DNA of 64,000 bases from an uncultured Rhodobacterales bacterium (GCA_937892915.1 CALBIC010000181.1:2909-66908); one strand, 5' to 3'. Numbered from the stretch's first letter, positions 45,513 to 56,616 are shown. Numbers and translations: made by a program. Notes: generated by a model not told the origin, from the sequence alone.

Positions 45513-45983
45513 TTGATCCGAACTTTTATCACAGCACTTGCAGTTTTTCTACTGGATCAGCTTTCCAAGCTGGCTGTCGTACAATGGCTGGGTCTGAAAT
45601 CTGTCGGCAGGATTGATGTTTTGCCGCCCTATCTGAATTTCCGCATGGCATGGAATCAGGGTGTAAATTTCGGTCTGTTTTCCAATGATGCCAACGTGAT
45701 GCGCTGGGTTTTGATCGCGCTGGCGCTGGCGATTTCAGTTTGGGTACTGAATTGGGCGCGCAAAATGTCCCACTGGTCGGGGCAGGTTTTCGCCGGTTGT
45801 GTGATCGGTGGTGCGCTTGGTAATGTGATTGACCGGGTGGTTTATGGCGCGGTTGCGGATTTTCTGAACATGTCTTGTTGTGGCCTTAACAACCCATATG
45901 CCTTCAATATCGCTGATGTTGCGATATTTGCAGGCGCATTCGGACTTGTGCTAGCCTCCAACAAACACGACAACAAAGAGTGA
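45513..45983 (+). CDS. lspA: Lipoprotein signal peptidase (signal peptidase II)
   Basis: ORF 45429..45983 trimmed to TTG 45513, with AAAGGA 6 nt upstream. Motifs LDQLSK, NQGVNFG and NVIDR...DF are present. Confidence 0.85.
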   Translation: MIRTFITALAVFLLDQLSKLAVVQWLGLKSVGRIDVLPPYLNFRMAWNQGVNFGLFSNDANVMRWVLIALALAISVWVLNWARKMSHWSGQVFAGCVIGGALGNVIDRVVYGAVADFLNMSCCGLNNPYAFNIADVAIFAGAFGLVLASNKHDNKE

Positions 45984-46033
45984 CGCGGGTAAAAATCTGC
46001 GCTAAAACCCGAGCAGGGTTTCTGGAGGGCACG

Positions 46034-46558
46034 ATGACGACGTTAAAACCGTTTATTGTTCTGGCACTGGCCGCGACGATTGCTGTATCGGGATGTGCTA
46101 AGAAAGACCGTAAGTTGATGAATTTGCGTGCAACTGGTCGTGGTCCGGATGAATTCGCGATCCTGCCGACCAAACCCTTGCAGGAACCAAAGAATTACGC
46201 CGCCTTGCCGGAACCCACACTAGGGGGCACCAATCTTACGGATCCGACCCCCAGGGCCGATGCTGTTGCTGCCCTTGGTGGCCGTCCCAAAGTGCTGAAC
46301 CGTGAAGGTATATCAACCGCCGAAACTGGCGTGGTGCAAATTTCAACCCGATACGGTGTTGCTGGGGATATAAGGCCGACCCTGACAGCGGAAGACAAAG
46401 AATTCCGCTTGAAAAACCCGCCCCGGTTGCTGGAAAGATTGTTTGGCATCACGACTTACTACAAAGTCTACGAGCCGCAATCGCTGGATCGGTATGCCGA
46501 ATTGCGCCGCTTGCGCCGGGCCGGTGTGAAAACGCCAGCTGCCCCGCCAGCGCCCTAA
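46034..46558 (+). CDS. DUF3035 domain-containing lipoprotein
   Basis: ORF 45980..46558 trimmed to ATG 46034 (GGAGGG upstream). Lipobox AVSGC and a DEFAILPTKPL motif are present. Confidence 0.7.
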   Translation: MTTLKPFIVLALAATIAVSGCAKKDRKLMNLRATGRGPDEFAILPTKPLQEPKNYAALPEPTLGGTNLTDPTPRADAVAALGGRPKVLNREGISTAETGVVQISTRYGVAGDIRPTLTAEDKEFRLKNPPRLLERLFGITTYYKVYEPQSLDRYAELRRLRRAGVKTPAAPPAP

Positions 46559-46664
46559 GCCTAAACCCAAGCTTGAAATGCTGAGGTAACATATTCGTAT
46601 CGGGCCTTGCGCCACCGGTGCAACCCTATAGGCTTGTTCAAAGATTGGTGATCAGGAGTCATAC

Positions 46665-48005
46665 ATGCGCAAAGTTTTGGTAATACTTGGCTTGTTTCTG
46701 GTCCTGCCATTTTCCGTAAATGCCACCGAGAGCGTGACGATTTTCAAGTTGGCAAACGGTATGGACGCAGTGGTCATCGAAGACCACCGCGCGCCGGTTG
46801 TAACTCATATGGTCTGGTACCGGATTGGTGCGGCCGATGAAGCGCCGGGGAAATCAGGCATCGCGCATCTGTTTGAACATTTGATGTTCAAAGGTACCGC
46901 GCGGTTCGGACCAGGCGTGTTCTCTGACACTGTGGCAGCGAATGGCGGGTCTGAAAACGCGTTCACGTCTTATGATTACACCGGCTATTACCAGCGCATC
47001 GCGACGGACCGACTGGAATTGATGATGGAGATGGAGTCGGATCGGATGCGCGGCCTGACCCTCAGCGAGGAAGATGTCAGAACCGAACGCGATGTGGTGC
47101 TGGAGGAAAGAAATTCGCGCACCGACAACAATCCCGGCGCGTTATTCGCGGAACAACGGATGGCGGCACTGTATCTGAACCACCATTACGGCATCCCGAT
47201 CATTGGCTGGCGGCACGAGGTCGAACAATTGAACCGCGAAGATGCGTTTGCCTTTTACCGCAAGTATTATGCACCAAATAACGCCATTCTGGTGGTGGCG
47301 GGCGATGTTGATCCGGAAAATGTCAAAGCTTTTGCACAGAAATATTATGGTGCCGTGGCCCCGACCGAAGGGTTATTGCCGCGCAGTCGCCCGATTGAAC
47401 CGCCGCAGATTGCACCAAGGCGGTTGTCCTATTCCGATCTGCGCGTTGCGCAACCCTATATGATCCGCAGTTATCTGGCGCCTGAACGAAACCCCGGCGA
47501 TCAAACCGAAGCGGCTGCTTTGCAAATTCTGGCGGAACTTTTGGGTGGCAGCGGGTTGACCTCGGTTCTGGGGGAACAGCTTGTGCTGAAACAAAAAGTT
47601 GCGCTGCAATCCGCAGCTTTTTACGACGGCATGTCGCTGGACCAGTCGGGTTTTGGGGTTTTTGTGGTGCCCGCTGAAGGTGTCAGCCTAAGGGACGGCG
47701 AGGATGCTTTGGATGCGGTGATTGCCGATTTCCTGAAAAAAGGTGTCGATGCGGCCCATCTGGAGCGTATCAAAGCACAAATGAAAGCGTCTGAAATTTA
47801 CGCCCTCGATGATCTGGAAGGTACGGCGCGCCGTTACGGCGAGGGGCTGACATCCGGGTTAACCATTCAGGATATCGAAGATTGGCCGAATATCCTGCAA
47901 TCGATCACCGCCGAAGATGTAATGGCCGCCGCCAAGCGGGTCTTTGATAAAAAGAAATCCGTGACCGGCTGGCTGATGCGCGATGATGCGGAGGAAAAAC
48001 AATGA
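46665..48005 (+). CDS. M16 family (pitrilysin-like) zinc peptidase, catalytic subunit
   Basis: 446 aa with a signal peptide and an inverted zinc motif HLFEH in GIAHLFEHLMFKG. Confidence 0.85.
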   Translation: MRKVLVILGLFLVLPFSVNATESVTIFKLANGMDAVVIEDHRAPVVTHMVWYRIGAADEAPGKSGIAHLFEHLMFKGTARFGPGVFSDTVAANGGSENAFTSYDYTGYYQRIATDRLELMMEMESDRMRGLTLSEEDVRTERDVVLEERNSRTDNNPGALFAEQRMAALYLNHHYGIPIIGWRHEVEQLNREDAFAFYRKYYAPNNAILVVAGDVDPENVKAFAQKYYGAVAPTEGLLPRSRPIEPPQIAPRRLSYSDLRVAQPYMIRSYLAPERNPGDQTEAAALQILAELLGGSGLTSVLGEQLVLKQKVALQSAAFYDGMSLDQSGFGVFVVPAEGVSLRDGEDALDAVIADFLKKGVDAAHLERIKAQMKASEIYALDDLEGTARRYGEGLTSGLTIQDIEDWPNILQSITAEDVMAAAKRVFDKKKSVTGWLMRDDAEEKQ

Positions 48006-49315
48006 TCCGGTTTCTATTCTCATTCCTGACGGCTTTGCTGGTTGCCTTGCCTGTTTGGGCTGGACTCGACGTGCAAATGGTCACCTCACCCGGCGGCATA
48101 AAGGCGTGGCTGGTCGAGGAAAAGTCGATCCCGTTTGTGGCTCTTGAAATCGGGTTCAAAGGTGGCACCAGCCTTGATTTGCCGGAAAAACGCGGCGCGA
48201 CCTATATGATGTCGGGACTTCTGGAAGAAGGCGCCGGTAATCTTGACGCGACCGCATTTCAAAAAACGCTGGAATCTTTGGCCGCAAGTTTCAAGTTTGA
48301 TGCCCACGATGACGCATTGACGGTTTCGGCCCAGTTTCTGACCGAGAACAGTGATCAGGCGGTTGAATTGTTACGCAAAGCCTTGCAAGAACCGCGTTTC
48401 GATCAGGTTGCGGTTGACCGTGTGCGTGCACAGATCATTTCGATTATCGCCGGCGATAAAAAAGACCCGAACGAAATCGCGGCAAATGAATTTTCCCATT
48501 TGGCGTTTGGTAATCATCCTTACGGCACGCCTTCGACTGGCAGTGCTGACAGTCTAAACCAAATGACACGCAAAGATCTGGTTACCGCCTATAAAAACGC
48601 TATGGCGCTGGATCGGGTTTTTGTGGCGGCTGTTGGCGATATTTCTGCCGAAGACCTTGGCGTGATGCTGGACCGGTTACTTGGCAAATTGCCAGCGACC
48701 GGTGGTGCGATGCCGCCAAAGGCCGAGTTGCATCTGACCGGCGGAGTGACCGTGATTGACCTGCCGACGCCGCAATCAGTGGCGGTTTTCGGGCATGCCG
48801 GGATCACGCGCGACGATCCGGATTTCTTTCCGGCTTTTGTGATGAACCAGGTTTTCGGTGCTGGAGGTTTTACCTCGCGGCTGACCGAAGAAGTGCGCGA
48901 AAAGCGTGGTCTGACATATGGGATTTACACCTATATGGCGTCCTATGATCTTGCCGATATGTACCGTGGTTCGGTCGCTTCAGGCAATGACCGGATTGCC
49001 GAAGCACTGGATGTGGTTCGCGCGGAATGGGCGAAACTGGCAGCGAACGGCGTGACGGATGACGAATTAACGGCGGCTAAGACATACCTGACCGGGGCCT
49101 ATCCATTGCGGTTTGACGGAAATGCGCGGATTGCCGGGATCCTGATGAACATGCAGCTTGACGGACTGCCGGTAAGTTACCTCACATCGCGCAACGAAAT
49201 GGTGAACGCCGTCACCCGCGAGGACATCGCGCGGGTCGCCAAACGACTGATGCAACCTGATAATCTGCGGATCGTGGTCGTCGGGCAACCGGTCGGCGTG
49301 ACCAGCACAGACTAA
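48002..49315 (+). CDS. M16 family peptidase-like protein, non-catalytic partner
   Basis: 437 aa with an ATGA overlap on the previous gene. M16 fold pattern is present but no HxxEH motif. Confidence 0.8.
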   Translation: MIRFLFSFLTALLVALPVWAGLDVQMVTSPGGIKAWLVEEKSIPFVALEIGFKGGTSLDLPEKRGATYMMSGLLEEGAGNLDATAFQKTLESLAASFKFDAHDDALTVSAQFLTENSDQAVELLRKALQEPRFDQVAVDRVRAQIISIIAGDKKDPNEIAANEFSHLAFGNHPYGTPSTGSADSLNQMTRKDLVTAYKNAMALDRVFVAAVGDISAEDLGVMLDRLLGKLPATGGAMPPKAELHLTGGVTVIDLPTPQSVAVFGHAGITRDDPDFFPAFVMNQVFGAGGFTSRLTEEVREKRGLTYGIYTYMASYDLADMYRGSVASGNDRIAEALDVVRAEWAKLAANGVTDDELTAAKTYLTGAYPLRFDGNARIAGILMNMQLDGLPVSYLTSRNEMVNAVTREDIARVAKRLMQPDNLRIVVVGQPVGVTSTD

Positions 49316-49374
49316 CCGATCACCAAAGTAAACATTCGTGGCAGAATCAGCCGCATTGGGCTAGTTGTGGGGGT

Positions 49375-51204
49375 ATGAGCGCTGTGAACCCCAATATAGA
49401 GGCCAAGCAACCCGTTATCCGCCAGCTGGATATGGCGGCGGTCAACCGTATCGCCGCAGGCGAAGTGGTCGAACGCCCGGCCTCGGCGGTCAAGGAGCTG
49501 GTTGAAAACGCGCTGGATGCCGGCGCGACGCGGATCGAGATATCTTACGGGGACGGCGGCAAAACCGCGATCCGGGTCAGCGATGATGGCTGCGGGATTT
49601 CGCCCGATCAACTGCCCTTAGCCATGGCGCGGCATGCCACTTCGAAAATCGACGGCACTGACTTGTTGAACATCCACACATTCGGTTTTCGCGGTGAAGC
49701 CCTGCCCTCGCTTGGCGCTGTTGGCCGGTTAACAATCACATCCCGCGCACATGGCACCACGTCGGGCGCAAGCATTGCCGTCAATGGCGGTGTTGCCACC
49801 GAAGTTAAACCAGCCGCGCTGAGCCGGGGAACGGTGGTTGAATTGCGCGATCTGTTTTACGCAACCCCGGCGCGGCTGAAATTTCTGCGCTCGGACCGGG
49901 CCGAAGTTCAGGCGATCCACGATATCGTCAAGCGGTTGGCCATGGCGGAACCTTACGTGACATTCACCCTGACGGATGCGGCAAATTCCGGGCGCGAGGT
50001 GTTTCGCGCCGCTGCGCAATCCGGCGACATGTTTGATGCCCTGCACGGACGGTTGCGCCAGATTCTGGGGGCTGAATTTGCACAAAACGCGATGTTGATT
50101 GATGCGGAACGTGACGGGTTTACCCTGACCGGCTATGCGGCTTTGCCGACCTATTCGCGCGGGGCGGCGGTTGCGCAATATCTGTTCGTCAATGGCAGGC
50201 CGGTGCGCGACAAGCTGCTGGTTGGGGCCTTGCGCGGTGCCTATGCTGATTTTTTAAGCCGCGACAGACATCCGGTTGTGGCGCTGTTTCTGGAATGCCC
50301 GCCTGAACAGGTGGATGTAAACGTGCATCCCGCCAAGGCAGAGGTCAGATTTCGCGACCCCGGTATTGCGCGCGGCCTGATCGTTTCGGCTTTGAAACAC
50401 GCTTTGGCACAAGCCGGGCACCGGGCCTCGACGACGGTTGGTACAGCGACCCTTGGGGCGTTCCAGCCCGCGCGTGCCGGTGCGCCGATCTACCAGATGG
50501 ACCGCCCGTCACAGGCGGCATTGGCGCGGTCTTATCAGGCGCAATCGCCGGGTTTTGCCGAGATGGCCATGGGATATTCTGCGCGGGTTGAACCTGTCAT
50601 GGGCACCGATGTTGGCGACACTCATGCCCCACTTGGCGCAGCGCGCGCACAGGTGCATGAAAATTATATCATCGCACAGACCGAAACCGGGATCGTGATC
50701 GTTGATCAGCACGCAGCCCATGAACGATTGGTTTACGAACGGCTAAAACGGCAAATGGCTGAGAACGGAGTAAAGGCGCAAGCCTTGTTAATCCCTGAAA
50801 TTATTGAATTATCCGCTGAAGATTGTGCCCGGCTGCTGGCTGTGGCGCCGGACTTGACCAAACTTGGCCTGACGATTGAACCCTTCGGTGGTGCGGCGGT
50901 TTGCGTGCGTGAAACTCCGGCCCTGCTAGGGCAAGCCAATGCGAAAGCGATGGTTCAGGACATTCTGGACGAGCTGGATGATCTCGGCGAAACCGGGTTG
51001 GTGGCCGAGCGTCTTAACGCCATCCTGTCGCGCGTGGCCTGTCACGGATCGATCCGATCGGGTCGCCGGATGCAGGCCGACGAGATGAACGCCCTGCTGC
51101 GCGAAATGGAAATAACCCCGCATTCCGGCCAGTGCAATCACGGGCGGCCAACCTATGTGGAGCTGAAGCTCAGCGATATTGAACGGTTGTTTGGACGCAC
51201 ATGA
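49375..51204 (+). CDS. mutL: DNA mismatch repair protein MutL
   Basis: 609 aa with a GHKL ATPase N-terminus ([32 protein letters not shown]) and a C-terminal endonuclease-type dimerisation domain. Confidence 0.92.
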   Translation: MSAVNPNIEAKQPVIRQLDMAAVNRIAAGEVVERPASAVKELVENALDAGATRIEISYGDGGKTAIRVSDDGCGISPDQLPLAMARHATSKIDGTDLLNIHTFGFRGEALPSLGAVGRLTITSRAHGTTSGASIAVNGGVATEVKPAALSRGTVVELRDLFYATPARLKFLRSDRAEVQAIHDIVKRLAMAEPYVTFTLTDAANSGREVFRAAAQSGDMFDALHGRLRQILGAEFAQNAMLIDAERDGFTLTGYAALPTYSRGAAVAQYLFVNGRPVRDKLLVGALRGAYADFLSRDRHPVVALFLECPPEQVDVNVHPAKAEVRFRDPGIARGLIVSALKHALAQAGHRASTTVGTATLGAFQPARAGAPIYQMDRPSQAALARSYQAQSPGFAEMAMGYSARVEPVMGTDVGDTHAPLGAARAQVHENYIIAQTETGIVIVDQHAAHERLVYERLKRQMAENGVKAQALLIPEIIELSAEDCARLLAVAPDLTKLGLTIEPFGGAAVCVRETPALLGQANAKAMVQDILDELDDLGETGLVAERLNAILSRVACHGSIRSGRRMQADEMNALLREMEITPHSGQCNHGRPTYVELKLSDIERLFGRT

Positions 51205-52370
51205 TAAAGATTGGCGAGACCACGATTGATTTCAACGAGCCGGTAATTCTGGGCATGGCCGTTGTGTCGGTTCTGTTGTTGCTGCTGATAATTGCCGTGC
51301 TGCGGATGTCGGGAAAATCCGGACGGGCGGCTGAACCTTTGATGCGGCAAATGTCGTTGCTGGGCGAAACGGTTCGTGGCCTGAATGACGGGCAACACCA
51401 GTTGTTTGGTGGGCTGAAAACCGTGTCTGATGCGCAGGCCAATGCGCAGACCAAAATGATCCAGGTTATCGAAACACGGTTGTCCGCCGTGCAGGCTGGC
51501 ATGACCGAAAGCCTGCATGGCAACTCGGTCAAAACCACCCGCTCGCTGACCGAATTGCAGGAACGACTGGCGACGATTGACCGCGCCCAAACCAACATCG
51601 AAAAACTGTCGGGAGATGTGCTGAGTTTGCAGGATATCCTGTCCAACAAACAAACCCGCGGGGCGTTTGGTGAAATTCAGCTGAATGATATTGTTATCAA
51701 AGCCTTGCCGGCGGATGCCTACACGTTTCAGGCCACGCTTTCGAACGGAAAACGCGCCGATTGTCTGATCCATCTGCCGAACCCGCCCGGCCCGATTGTG
51801 ATCGACAGCAAGTTCCCCCTTGAGGCCTACGAGGCCATTCGCGGTGCCAAAACCCCGGCCCATATCGCCGAGGCGAACCGTCTGATGCGGGCGGCGGTTC
51901 GGTTTCATATCAAAGCGATCTCAGAGCGGTATATCATCGAAGGCGAAACAGCTGACGGGGCGCTGATGTTCCTGCCGTCCGAGGCGGTTTATGCGGAACT
52001 GCACGCCAATTTCGGCGACGTGGTACGTGAAGGGTTTTCGGCGCGGGTTTGGATCGTTTCGCCAACCACCTGCATGGCGACGCTGAACACGATGCGGGCG
52101 GTTCTGAAGGATGCCCGGATGCAAGAACAGGCGGGGGCGATCCGGCGTGAACTTGGGGCGCTTTACAAGGATGTCGAGAGGCTGGGCGATCGGGTGGGCA
52201 GTCTTGACCGGCATTTCGGGCAAGCGGCCAAGGATATTGAAGACATCAAAATCTCGGCCACCAAAGCCGGTAACCGTGCGAGAAAGTTGGATAATTTCGA
52301 TTTTGCCGAAGTTGAAAAAGTTGAAGAAAGCGCGGCCGAAGTTGTGCGGTTGGCGCCTAAAGTCGACTAG
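51201..52370 (+). CDS. rmuC: DNA recombination protein RmuC
   Basis: 389 aa with an ATGA overlap on mutL. It has an N-terminal TM helix, a coiled coil and an RmuC core ([22 protein letters not shown]). Confidence 0.85.
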   Translation: MIKIGETTIDFNEPVILGMAVVSVLLLLLIIAVLRMSGKSGRAAEPLMRQMSLLGETVRGLNDGQHQLFGGLKTVSDAQANAQTKMIQVIETRLSAVQAGMTESLHGNSVKTTRSLTELQERLATIDRAQTNIEKLSGDVLSLQDILSNKQTRGAFGEIQLNDIVIKALPADAYTFQATLSNGKRADCLIHLPNPPGPIVIDSKFPLEAYEAIRGAKTPAHIAEANRLMRAAVRFHIKAISERYIIEGETADGALMFLPSEAVYAELHANFGDVVREGFSARVWIVSPTTCMATLNTMRAVLKDARMQEQAGAIRRELGALYKDVERLGDRVGSLDRHFGQAAKDIEDIKISATKAGNRARKLDNFDFAEVEKVEESAAEVVRLAPKVD

Positions 52371-52443
52371 GCTGCGACAGCCTGTGATAGTGCTTATCGC
52401 TAAACAAAGATGCATTGTTGACCGCTAAAAACAGGGTCTGATT

Positions 52444-53739
52444 ATGAATTCGCTTAAGAACCATTCGCGCCGTTATGAACTGGCGAACGAGCTGCATGCG
52501 CGGCCTTTTCCGGAAATTCCAGGGCCGGGGCAGGCGCTGTGTATTGCCATGACGAACCCGTCTGGCGCGGCGGTGGCACGGGCGCAACTGATTGATCTTT
52601 TGGACAAATTCGGGGCGGCACACCCACCGCCGGAGGCCAACCACCACCATGGTGATCTGGGGCGTAACCGCCTGAAATGGGAGCGGCATTCCGAGTTTGT
52701 CACCTACACGCTGTTTCTGGATGTGCTGGCGGAAAAGCCGTTCAGTTCTGATCCTCAATCCGCCCTCCCTGATGACTGGCTGGCGGTGCTGGATGGCGAG
52801 GTGATCACCTCGATTCTGGTTCGTATCGAGCGGGCAGAAACTGCGCAGGATGTCGAGCAACGCCTTGATTCTGAAATAAGAAACTGGTTCGTTGGCGAAA
52901 GCCTTGCGGCGGCCTTTGTGCTGGATAAAAACGCCGTTGTGGCGGGCGATTTCCGGATTGATGAGGCCGGGCATGTGCGGTTTGCGGTGATCGGAATCGG
53001 CGATGTCGGGGCGCGCCGGATGGGGCGGGTTGTGCAGCGGGTTTTAGAGATTGAAACCTATAAACAGATGGCGATGTTAACCTTGCCCGTGGCGCGCAAA
53101 GTGTTTGCCGAAGTCGGGATTCTTGAGACCGAACTGTCGTCGATCTCCAAAGCGATGGCCGACAAAAAAGCCAATCCTGACAAGACGTTAGACAGGCTTC
53201 TCGAGGTTTCCGCCGAGGTTGAAGTGCTGTCGGCTGCCGCTGCGTTTCGGTTCTCGGCGGGGCGGGCTTATGGGGCGATTGTGGATCAGCGCGTTAAGGT
53301 TTTGCGCGAAGACCGGATTTTGCAGCGGCAACTGTTCTCGGAATTCATGATGCGCCGGTTTGATCCGGCAATGCGCACCTGTCAGGCGGCCGAAAAACGG
53401 CTGGAAGATCTGTCGCAACGTGCGGCGCGGGCGGCGGAATTGCTGGGCACCCGGGTCAGTGTTGCAGGTGCCGAGCAAAACAGACAACTACTTGAAAGCA
53501 TGAACAAAAGAGCGGCACTGCAAATGCGGCTTCAGGAAACTGTCGAGGGGCTTTCGGTCGTCGCGGTCAGTTATTATGCGGTCAATCTGCTGGTCTATTT
53601 GCTTGCGCCGCTGACCAAACATTACGTCGAGGACAAGACCGTTTTGGCGGGCATTCTGGTGCTGCCGGTGATGCTGGCAGTCTGGTTGATGGTACGGCGG
53701 ATCAAGGCGCGGGTCGGCACGGCTTTTGACCAGCGTTAA
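52444..53739 (+). CDS. DUF3422 family membrane-anchored protein
   Basis: 431 aa with N-terminus HSRRYELANELHARPFPEI and two C-terminal TM helices. The family call is from memory. Confidence 0.65.
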   Translation: MNSLKNHSRRYELANELHARPFPEIPGPGQALCIAMTNPSGAAVARAQLIDLLDKFGAAHPPPEANHHHGDLGRNRLKWERHSEFVTYTLFLDVLAEKPFSSDPQSALPDDWLAVLDGEVITSILVRIERAETAQDVEQRLDSEIRNWFVGESLAAAFVLDKNAVVAGDFRIDEAGHVRFAVIGIGDVGARRMGRVVQRVLEIETYKQMAMLTLPVARKVFAEVGILETELSSISKAMADKKANPDKTLDRLLEVSAEVEVLSAAAAFRFSAGRAYGAIVDQRVKVLREDRILQRQLFSEFMMRRFDPAMRTCQAAEKRLEDLSQRAARAAELLGTRVSVAGAEQNRQLLESMNKRAALQMRLQETVEGLSVVAVSYYAVNLLVYLLAPLTKHYVEDKTVLAGILVLPVMLAVWLMVRRIKARVGTAFDQR

Positions 53740-53774
53740 CCACTTTGTCGCTGAAAAACCGCTGAATTTTAACG

Positions 53775-53818
53775 GTACACAACCCGTACACAACCTGTAC
53801 ACAACCTGTACATACGAT
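53775..53818. repeat. Tandem 11-bp direct repeats (GTACACAACCY x3 plus a degenerate fourth unit)
   Basis: GTACACAACCC GTACACAACCT GTACACAACCT GTACATACGAT. TGTACA cores are spaced exactly 11 bp apart. The array starts 36 nt after the DUF3422 stop and ends 62 nt before the rluE start. Confidence 0.9.
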
Positions 53819-53879
53819 TGCCGCATCCGGCCAAGGGGGAAATTATGGATCTAAACGTTAACAGAATGGCGGCGCGGGC

Positions 53880-54428
53880 ATGGTGATCCTGTTCAACAAG
53901 CCTTGGGGCGTGCTGTCGCAATTTACCGATGCGGGAAACCTTGAGTCTGATGCGGCGACGCTTTCGGTGTTTATTGATGTGCCAAATGTCTATGCCGCCG
54001 GGCGGTTGGATAAGGATAGCGAGGGCTTGCTGGTTCTGACCGATGATGGCCTGTTGCAGGCGAAAATCGCTGACCCGAAAAACAAGATGAGCAAGACCTA
54101 TTGGGTGCAGGTCGAAGGCGCGCCGGTGGATGCGGATTTGGCGCTGTTGCGCACCGGGATTAAGCTGAAGGATGGGATGACCGCGCCCGCCAAAGTGCGG
54201 CTGATGGAGCCGCCGGCTGATTTGTGGCCACGGGTTCCGCCTGTTCGGTTTCGCAAATCGGTGCCCGACAGTTGGATCGAGATCACGATCACCGAAGGGC
54301 GCAACCGGCAAGTGCGGCGGATGACGGCGGCGGCGGGATTTCCGACGCTGCGGCTGATCCGGTATCGGGTGGGCAACTGGACAATTGACGGGCTGCCCTG
54401 TGGCATGTGGCGGGAAAGCGGCGTCTGA
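53880..54428 (+). CDS. rluE: RsuA/RluE-family rRNA pseudouridine synthase
   Basis: 182 aa. [10 protein letters not shown], the catalytic [19 protein letters not shown] motif and GRNRQVRRM are present. No S4 domain, as in RluE. Confidence 0.8.
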   Translation: MVILFNKPWGVLSQFTDAGNLESDAATLSVFIDVPNVYAAGRLDKDSEGLLVLTDDGLLQAKIADPKNKMSKTYWVQVEGAPVDADLALLRTGIKLKDGMTAPAKVRLMEPPADLWPRVPPVRFRKSVPDSWIEITITEGRNRQVRRMTAAAGFPTLRLIRYRVGNWTIDGLPCGMWRESGV

Positions 54429-54430
54429 GG

Positions 54431-54679
54431 TTAATGCAGGCGCGCCTGCACCAGATAGGCCTCGATCTCGACTTCGCCCAGCGCCTTCATCGCCTCGAGC
54501 CGATGCAGGCCTTCGATCAGAACGAAGCCCTGACCATCGGCGCGCAGACGGACCGGTGTGGTCTGGCCGTTCTCGAGAATATCCTCGGCCAGAGTTGCGA
54601 CTTTGTCGGGTTCCAGCGTTTTCATCCGTTTGACCGGAACGCGGACTTTTGCAATCGGGATTTGTTCTTTTTTCATCAT
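54431..54679 (-). CDS. Stand-alone ParB/Sulfiredoxin N-terminal domain protein
   Basis: ORF 54431..54739 trimmed to ATG 54679 (MMKKEQIPIAKVRV), with GAGG upstream. 82 aa with the core VRLRADGQGFVLIEGLHRLEA. Confidence 0.65.
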   Translation of the reverse strand: MMKKEQIPIAKVRVPVKRMKTLEPDKVATLAEDILENGQTTPVRLRADGQGFVLIEGLHRLEAMKALGEVEIEAYLVQARLH

Positions 54680-54843
54680 GGCGGCACCTCCTGCGCGGCG
54701 ATCCAAGTGAAAAACCTGACCGGTTTTGACCCAAGTCATTGTTCCACGGTCTTGGCTTGTTCAGGTAACACTGTACCATGTGCGTGCGGTTGTCCAGAAT
54801 GGACCGCAGCCGCATTATGGCCAGACTGATTGATTAAAGGAAT

Positions 54844-56094
54844 ATGAAATTGGCGGTACCGCAGGGGACATCAAAGGCTGCACCACCCGAACTGCGCCGG
54901 GCGATCGGCCTGCCGTTGCTGGTGCTGTACGGGTTGGGAATTACCATCGGGGCCGGGATTTATGTGCTGGTTGGGGCGGCGGCGGAAACCGCGGGTTTTT
55001 ATGCACCGACAGCGTTTCTGGTGGCGGCCTTTGTGATGGCGTTCAGTGCGTTAAGTTTTGCTGAGTTTTCCGGGCGAATTCCGGAAAGCGCTGGCGAGGC
55101 GGCGTTTGTTCAGGCCGGGTTCAACCGGGGCTGGCTGTCGCTGGGAACCGGCCTGCTGATTGTGTTTGCGGCTGTGGTTGCCGGGGCGGCGATCAGCCTT
55201 GGATGTGCGGGATACCTTGCGGTTCTGGTGCCGTGGCCCAAGCCGGTTTTGGTCAGTATCATCGTGGTGGCGATGGGATTGCTTGCCGCCAAGGGCATTC
55301 TGGAAAGCGTGCTGTTTGCGGGCATTCTGACGGTAATTGAAATTGCCGGTCTGATGGTGATAGTTGTGGCGGGGTATATTCACAACCCTGACCTGTTCGC
55401 GGCTTTGCCAAGCGCCTTTCCGCATGTGTCGGATACAGTGGCTTTGCAGGGGGTGTTCGCCGCCAGCCTGATCGCGTTTTTCGCGTTTATCGGGTTTGAC
55501 GACGTGGTCAATCTGGTCGAGGAAACCCGCAATCCGACGAAGACCATGCCCTGGGCAATTGCGATTTCGCTGGTTTTGGTGACGGTGATCTATTTTCTGG
55601 TGGTGTTTGTCGCGGTACAATCGGTGCCGATTGATCAACTTGCCGGATCTGAAGCACCGATTGGGTTGCTGTTTGAGCGGCTGACCGGATTTTCACCGCT
55701 GGCGATTACGCTGGTTGCGATTGTGGCGACGTTGAACGGGGTGGTGATCGAAATCGTCATGGCGGCGCGGGTGGTTTACGGGCTGGGGCGGCGCGGGCGG
55801 TTGCCGCAGGTCTTGGCGCGGGTGAATGCAACCACGCAGACGCCGTTGGTGGCGACTTTTTTGATTACCGCAGTGATGCTTGGGTTGGCGCTGGCGGTGC
55901 CGCTGGATTATCTGGTGGAAACCACGTCGCAGATCATTCTGGCAGTGTTTGCTTTGGTGAACGTCGCGCTGGTGGTGGTGAAAATCCGGGGGGATGCGCT
56001 GCCGGACGGGGTTTTCACCGTTCCGCTGGTGATGCCGGTTATCGGGGCGGTGTCCTGTTTATTTTTGCTGATCGGGCCTTATTTTCTGATTTAA
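54844..56094 (+). CDS. APC-superfamily amino-acid permease
   Basis: 416 aa with about 11-12 TM helices and an N-terminal LVLYGLGITIGAGIYVLVG motif. Confidence 0.8.
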   Translation: MKLAVPQGTSKAAPPELRRAIGLPLLVLYGLGITIGAGIYVLVGAAAETAGFYAPTAFLVAAFVMAFSALSFAEFSGRIPESAGEAAFVQAGFNRGWLSLGTGLLIVFAAVVAGAAISLGCAGYLAVLVPWPKPVLVSIIVVAMGLLAAKGILESVLFAGILTVIEIAGLMVIVVAGYIHNPDLFAALPSAFPHVSDTVALQGVFAASLIAFFAFIGFDDVVNLVEETRNPTKTMPWAIAISLVLVTVIYFLVVFVAVQSVPIDQLAGSEAPIGLLFERLTGFSPLAITLVAIVATLNGVVIEIVMAARVVYGLGRRGRLPQVLARVNATTQTPLVATFLITAVMLGLALAVPLDYLVETTSQIILAVFALVNVALVVVKIRGDALPDGVFTVPLVMPVIGAVSCLFLLIGPYFLI

Positions 56095-56456
56095 CCGGTG
56101 CTCCACGCGCGGGGTTGTTTCATGCCGGCCATTTTGCAGGCCTGTTTGACATAGCCATAGGGAAACAACCGATACATCAGTTTGCGCGCGCCGGATTTGT
56201 CGGTGGCGTGGGTTTCGGACAGAAATTTCAGCACAAACCGCGCGTCAGCGGCGACGCCGTGTTCGTCGTTGAAGGCGCGCATGAAGTCGAGAACTTGCCA
56301 GTGATCGGCGGTGATGTCGATCTGCTCGGCCTTGGCGGCGTATTGGGCAAAGGCGCGTGACCAGTCGGCGGGGTCGGTCAGATATCCGGCTTCGTCTACA
56401 TCCACGGCACCATCGGGCAACGGGATTTGGCTGACGATATCGGGGCGGGTGCGCAT
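56091..56456 (-). CDS. DsrC/TusE-family protein lacking the C-terminal active-site cysteine
   Basis: ORF 56091..56702 trimmed to ATG 56456 (121 aa). The C-terminus YRLFPYGYVKQACKMAGMKQPRAWSTG aligns with the family end LFP.G..KQA.KIAGLPKP..C. The penultimate-region Cys is replaced by Trp (codon at 56103-56105). Confidence 0.7.
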   Translation of the reverse strand: MRTRPDIVSQIPLPDGAVDVDEAGYLTDPADWSRAFAQYAAKAEQIDITADHWQVLDFMRAFNDEHGVAADARFVLKFLSETHATDKSGARKLMYRLFPYGYVKQACKMAGMKQPRAWSTG

Positions 56457-56616
56457 GCGGGGCCTGTTGTGGTTACTGGTTGGATTTGCGCATGTATGCG
56501 GTGGTGAGGGCAAGGCGGGAAATCGTCGCAAGGCTGACGTGAGGTTAAGACCGTGATGGTTGATCTGATCGCGGGCTTGGGCCAATCTGACGCAACCTTG
56601 AAGATGGCGATTGCAT

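Noticed and set aside
53775-53818. Considered whether the tandem repeats are a CRISPR array
   Set aside because: The units are 11 bp and directly abutting with no spacers, far shorter than CRISPR repeats. No cas genes are present.
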